Assembly: GCA_963665235.2 (NCBI GenBank)
Contig: CAXXLX010000002.1
Span: 768,001-832,000 of the forward strand
DNA length: 64,000 nucleotides
Direction of reading: 5' to 3'
Source: Candidatus Poribacteria bacterium
GTDB lineage: Bacteria > Poribacteria > WGA-4E > WGA-3G
The position numbers and the translations under genes are program-made. Below are positions 60,319 to 64,000 of the stretch, piece after piece. Position 1 is the stretch's first letter. Each line of letters begins with the position of its first letter. The notes beneath the pieces were generated by a model. The model did not search any database. It had not been told where the DNA came from and saw only the letters and a program-made list of their open reading frames with translations.

Positions 60319-60664
60319 GGGTGTGTAAAGTTTTTGTACAACAGGACTTACGCAAATTTAGCAGGATGCTCGTAGGGGCGGGGTCTCCCCGTCCGCTAGG
60401 TCTCCCTCTAAATCCCATTATCTATGGACTTTATCAACGCGCTGCGTAAGTCCTATGTACAAGTTAATCTATTGATGTTTAAAACGGCCTGCTCCCATAG
60501 TGCGACTCATTGCTCATCAGAGCGGTGTTCGTAGTAGGGCAAATTTATTGCCCGTCGCAGCCCGGGTTCTAGTAGCAAAACCTATCACACATCACAACCC
60601 TATACAACCCGACGGGCGATGAATCGCCCTACTACAAACGGGTGTACGAAAACTTTACACACCC
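60319..60664. mobile_element. MITE (gggtgtgtaaagttt TIR) carrying a nested MITE and a REP-like pair
   Basis: TIRs at 60319 and 60643-60664; gtagtagggc...gccctactac inverted pair. Confidence 0.75.
60342..60455. mobile_element. Nested MITE (aggacttacgca TIR) with 7-bp TSD
   Basis: aggacttacgca...tgcgtaagtcct flanked by TGTACAA (60335-60341, 60456-60462); empty-site version near 2310-2335. Confidence 0.8.
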
Positions 60665-60690
60665 GATAATAAATGTTCGTTTTTCCTAAC

Positions 60691-60902
60691 CTCTATAAAT
60701 ATATCGTCCTTAAAGAGCGGGCTGCTTGCCCGAATACTGGGACTAAGAGACCGGGCGTTAACGGATCTCTATAAATATATCGTCCTTAAAGAGCGGGCTG
60801 CTTGCCCGAATACTGGGACTAAGAGACCGGGCTGTTGTGTGTTTCTACGAACATACTGTCTATATTGGGCTAAGAGGTCAAAACTTTTTTCAAACTCACG
60901 TT
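60691..60902. repeat. Two exact 66-bp tandem units plus a taacgtgag-family end
   Basis: 60691-60756 = 60767-60832; caaactcacgtt at 60891-60902. Confidence 0.85.
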
Positions 60903-61052
60903 CGATTTAGAAACATACACATTGGACAGAGAGATTGTTGGAGAACGGTGACACTCGCGTGGTTTTTCTGTAAAGAATGTATGTTAATTTCGTGAACGGT
61001 AGGCAACCGTGTAAGCAGGTCCGGAAACCTGCCTACACGGTTGGTTTTGAAG

Positions 61053-63056
61053 TTATTCCTCTTTAGAGGGGACATCCTCTTCAAGCTCTTCAGAGAGGTC
61101 GTCGGTTTCTGTGGGAATTTCGTCTTCACCGTTGATGATGACGGTCAGCTCTTTGGACCCGATAACAACAAAACCTTCAATAATGATTTCGGTTTCGAGC
61201 GGTGTTACGTCGATTTCCTCGGGGACCTCATCAGTTTCCTCATCCCCTTCCTCGGCTGGAATGTTATCAGCTTCTTCACCGTCTACTGTTTCTTCTTCCT
61301 CCAGTCCGGGTATATTTATGTTGAAATCTATAGGGAAATCATCGGAAAAATCAAAATCGGTACCTTGACCATGGCTGAGTGTTATCGTAATAGTACTTAC
61401 ATCTATCTGCCCTTCCATCTTCTGTTTGATGACTTCGTCAAGATTTTCAGGTAATTTTTCATCTCCATCTGAGCCGTTGTCGGAGAAGATGAGCTCGCCA
61501 GCCTCTCCATTAGCAGAAACGTTGAGAGTTGCCTCACCCACCGGAAAATCTTCCGGAATATCGAGGGTAACATCTCTATGAATTTTTCGCCCCTCCGTGG
61601 CGGCACTCCAATGCGGGAGTAGTACAACGGTGAAGGTAGCACTTTCGCCAGGGATAATTTCTTCAGGCGTAATCACCTCGTGGATTACCGCTTCCTTAAT
61701 TCTCGGATTGTCTTTGAAGGCAATTGACACCGAATCCAATGTAGCTCTGGCTGCAGGGTTTGCGAATATGTTAGTGAAAGGGTCTATAGTGCCAGCAACG
61801 TAACCGTATGCATCACCAAACACATTTGGAGATGCAACTCGGAATGATTCGGTATAGACGGTTTCAGTCTCTTTGAAGTGAAGTGAAACGGTTCCATCTA
61901 TTGTACCGGGGCTAATCTCTTTCCGGATTGCGTCTATTGTCGAGGCTGCAACGAGGGCTATATACCCCTCTTGCCCCTGGGCAACCTTGTGATGTTTCAC
62001 TGTTACGGGCCCGTCAACAACCTGGTAGGTGACCTCCACAGGAATCATTTCGGGGGGTGCCCCAAGTTGTCCAACAACCGCAGGAGTGAGGTCTTTGGTT
62101 AGCGTCCCGATTGGATTGCCGTAAATAGAAGCGGATTTATAGGATAGCGACAGGCTCGGAACGATTCCGTTGACGACAGCTCTATAGACAGGTAATGTAA
62201 TCTTGCCACCGCCGCCGAAATCACCGAGCGGATGGCCAAACGCTACGAATGTCCCATCGTCATAAACCTGTGTGACTGTGCCAAGCCCTACTGCGTTGAC
62301 GACATCGCCCGTTACAAAGGCGGCTCCAATCATATCGCCAGCTGCCAATTTTGTTCTATTTGCGGGGGGTGCGTCGAGCGGTTCCCCTGCATCAGCTATC
62401 AATTCAATGAATCTGAGATCTGGACCGTTCAGCTGTCCTGCAAGTTGTGAGAGTCTGTGCGGTTGTATGCCGGTAATCAGTAGAGGGGTTTTTACCGGGG
62501 CGTAAACAGCACTAATGCCATTTGTCGGCGCAGCCGGGGCAGGTTCAGCATCCAATAATAAATCTCCGAATGTCTGATGCGCTCTTGCAGCTTCCATCGC
62601 ATCAATAGCGGTGACCCAGAAACGTCTAGGTGACGCAGAGAATTGTTCACCATAGGCGAGGGCCCCCATGACACGCCCAGGAGGTCCGACCGGACTGCCG
62701 GACATGCCTTGTGCAATACCGCCCATGGCCTCCACCGCTTCATCCATCAGTTCGCACTCATAGAGTGGAAATCCGTAGCCAAAATCTCGAACGCCGCGGA
62801 ATCGAGCCTCAATCGTGACCCTCCCCGTGCCTTCAAGCACCGTAACGATTTGGACACGGGTTTTGTCCGCGAGCCGTCTGGATTCAGCCTCATACATATT
62901 TTCCAGAACGACATCGTCCCCAAGCGGGGCACCAAACCATTCTGCCATATTAACTTCTGTCGGGTTTTCAAATTGGGCATGCTCGTCATCGGAAGAACAC
63001 CCGAAGTGACAAAACACCATGACAAATATGCCTGCAAGGGCAAAAAAATGTTTCAC
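61053..63056 (-). CDS. SpoIVB-type (S55) peptidase lipoprotein with acidic tail
   Basis: Lipobox-like FGC, GGIAQGMSGSPV, GTVT, AFGHP. Confidence 0.85.
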   Translation of the reverse strand: MKHFFALAGIFVMVFCHFGCSSDDEHAQFENPTEVNMAEWFGAPLGDDVVLENMYEAESRRLADKTRVQIVTVLEGTGRVTIEARFRGVRDFGYGFPLYECELMDEAVEAMGGIAQGMSGSPVGPPGRVMGALAYGEQFSASPRRFWVTAIDAMEAARAHQTFGDLLLDAEPAPAAPTNGISAVYAPVKTPLLITGIQPHRLSQLAGQLNGPDLRFIELIADAGEPLDAPPANRTKLAAGDMIGAAFVTGDVVNAVGLGTVTQVYDDGTFVAFGHPLGDFGGGGKITLPVYRAVVNGIVPSLSLSYKSASIYGNPIGTLTKDLTPAVVGQLGAPPEMIPVEVTYQVVDGPVTVKHHKVAQGQEGYIALVAASTIDAIRKEISPGTIDGTVSLHFKETETVYTESFRVASPNVFGDAYGYVAGTIDPFTNIFANPAARATLDSVSIAFKDNPRIKEAVIHEVITPEEIIPGESATFTVVLLPHWSAATEGRKIHRDVTLDIPEDFPVGEATLNVSANGEAGELIFSDNGSDGDEKLPENLDEVIKQKMEGQIDVSTITITLSHGQGTDFDFSDDFPIDFNINIPGLEEEETVDGEEADNIPAEEGDEETDEVPEEIDVTPLETEIIIEGFVVIGSKELTVIINGEDEIPTETDDLSEELEEDVPSKEE

Positions 63057-63190
63057 TCATTTCTCCTATATGAGGGTTTTCGTTGAAACAGTGATGAGAT
63101 GGAGGTCCCTCATAACGCTCTATTTCCATCTTCGTTAATTAGCAATTAGTGATTGGCAAAAGGACAGCTGGGTAGCAACTTGCGTTATTA

Positions 63191-64000
63191 TCACACATAT
63201 CGCTTCCGCTTTCGAGCAAGAATCATGAGGATGATAAAGATACCGATGATGCCAATAAACATCCAATTGGTCATAAAAAATTCCGTGAAGATATTAAAAC
63301 CAAGCCACATCAACGTCTCAATGGCAAAGATGGCAAATACTTTGCCTCTATGAAAATTCAGGTGTCTGTTGTTGGCACCGTGTCTCTTCAATCTCCGTGA
63401 AACTCGGGTTGCAATGCCCAATGTGCCAAGAACAATTCCAAGGAAGATGTAGTTAGCAGTCTTTCGTTCCTCTGTTTTTGAATTTGCCCCGCCGAGTGGT
63501 GTCGGAAAGGAGTAGGCTTTGGGAGTCTGACTGGTAATACCTAATCGCTTCATATCAGCTTGCTGCTGCGATGTGAAAATGGTTTGTCTAAAGGTTTTCT
63601 CCGTATTTTCGCGTGCCGTTTCAAAGACCTCCTTCCATGTCAGAAAACCGTCTTTATCTTTATCGGGGTTGCCATCCAATGCCTCTATAAAGTTTCTGGT
63701 GAACCACCCTCCTGTCACGTTGTTACTCCATCCATATTGTCCCTCAGTGGCGGCTGTCACATGAAAAAACCCTTTGTGCTCAAGAAAAAGGTTCCGCAAT
63801 ACCCGTTCAGTTAAGCGGGTCAGGCTTCGGCTGCTCTGTAACGTAGGTTCTACCTTAGTTTGAACTAGATTACTGCAGCAGTCTGTGATAAGGAGTGTTA
63901 ATCGATGTGATTTCACCTGTTTTATAGCATTGACAAGCTCTGAGCGGAAGAGCCATTTTCCTTCAGTGGCGAGAAAAGTTTGTCGGTTAGGGTTCATACC
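63191..64000 (-). CDS. Caspase-like (C14) domain protein with C-terminal TM helices, 5'-truncated
   Basis: LLITDCCS, TAA..GQY.W....GG.FT, QTP; three hydrophobic helices. Confidence 0.6.
   Translation of the reverse strand, partial: GMNPNRQTFLATEGKWLFRSELVNAIKQVKSHRLTLLITDCCSNLVQTKVEPTLQSSRSLTRLTERVLRNLFLEHKGFFHVTAATEGQYGWSNNVTGGWFTRNFIEALDGNPDKDKDGFLTWKEVFETARENTEKTFRQTIFTSQQQADMKRLGITSQTPKAYSFPTPLGGANSKTEERKTANYIFLGIVLGTLGIATRVSRRLKRHGANNRHLNFHRGKVFAIFAIETLMWLGFNIFTEFFMTNWMFIGIIGIFIILMILARKRKRYV

Noticed and set aside
60691-60832. 66-bp direct repeats as a CRISPR array
   Set aside because: Only two units, a 10-bp spacer, no cas genes, and the same unit occurs inside the MITE at 56219-56410
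1-64000. tRNA/rRNA genes
   Set aside because: No cloverleaf, T-loop/CCA pattern or rRNA-like segment recognised in the intergenic regions by eye

Overview
Bacterial chromosomal window of about 55 CDS. It most likely comes from Candidatus Poribacteria, inferred from LamG proteins ending in a 'V.P.gK..tTWG.lK' tail, an 'NYPNPFNPETWIPY' C-terminal domain, several PhyH, Gfo/Idh/MocA and WD40 genes, and GH33/GH95 glycosidases. Housekeeping and metabolic genes include bioA, thiE, fabV, a RidA-family gene and dnaK, which has a perfect sigma-54 -24/-12 site. Two regions stand out. (1) An accessory minus-strand operon (48279-56000) encodes GrpE, an atypical lid-less Hsp70 and three paralogues fusing a J-like domain (HPD replaced by RPD/RAD) to an FGE/SUMF1 C-type-lectin-fold domain with a hypervariable tip. 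The Hsp70 has matching changes at its J-contact sites, suggesting an orthogonal chaperone or conflict system. (2) Three related IS200/IS605 elements: one splits a phyH gene exactly (HUH-dead TnpA, Fanzor-type rearranged TnpB), one carries tnpB only, and one has no ORF but a promoter and a highly structured ~390-nt RNA. The window also holds a frameshifted Rpn gene with an intact internal small-protein start, a type II R-M pair whose endonuclease is broken by a short templated duplication, and several nested MITE/REP families. All calls come from reading the sequence and motifs by eye; no database searches were run.
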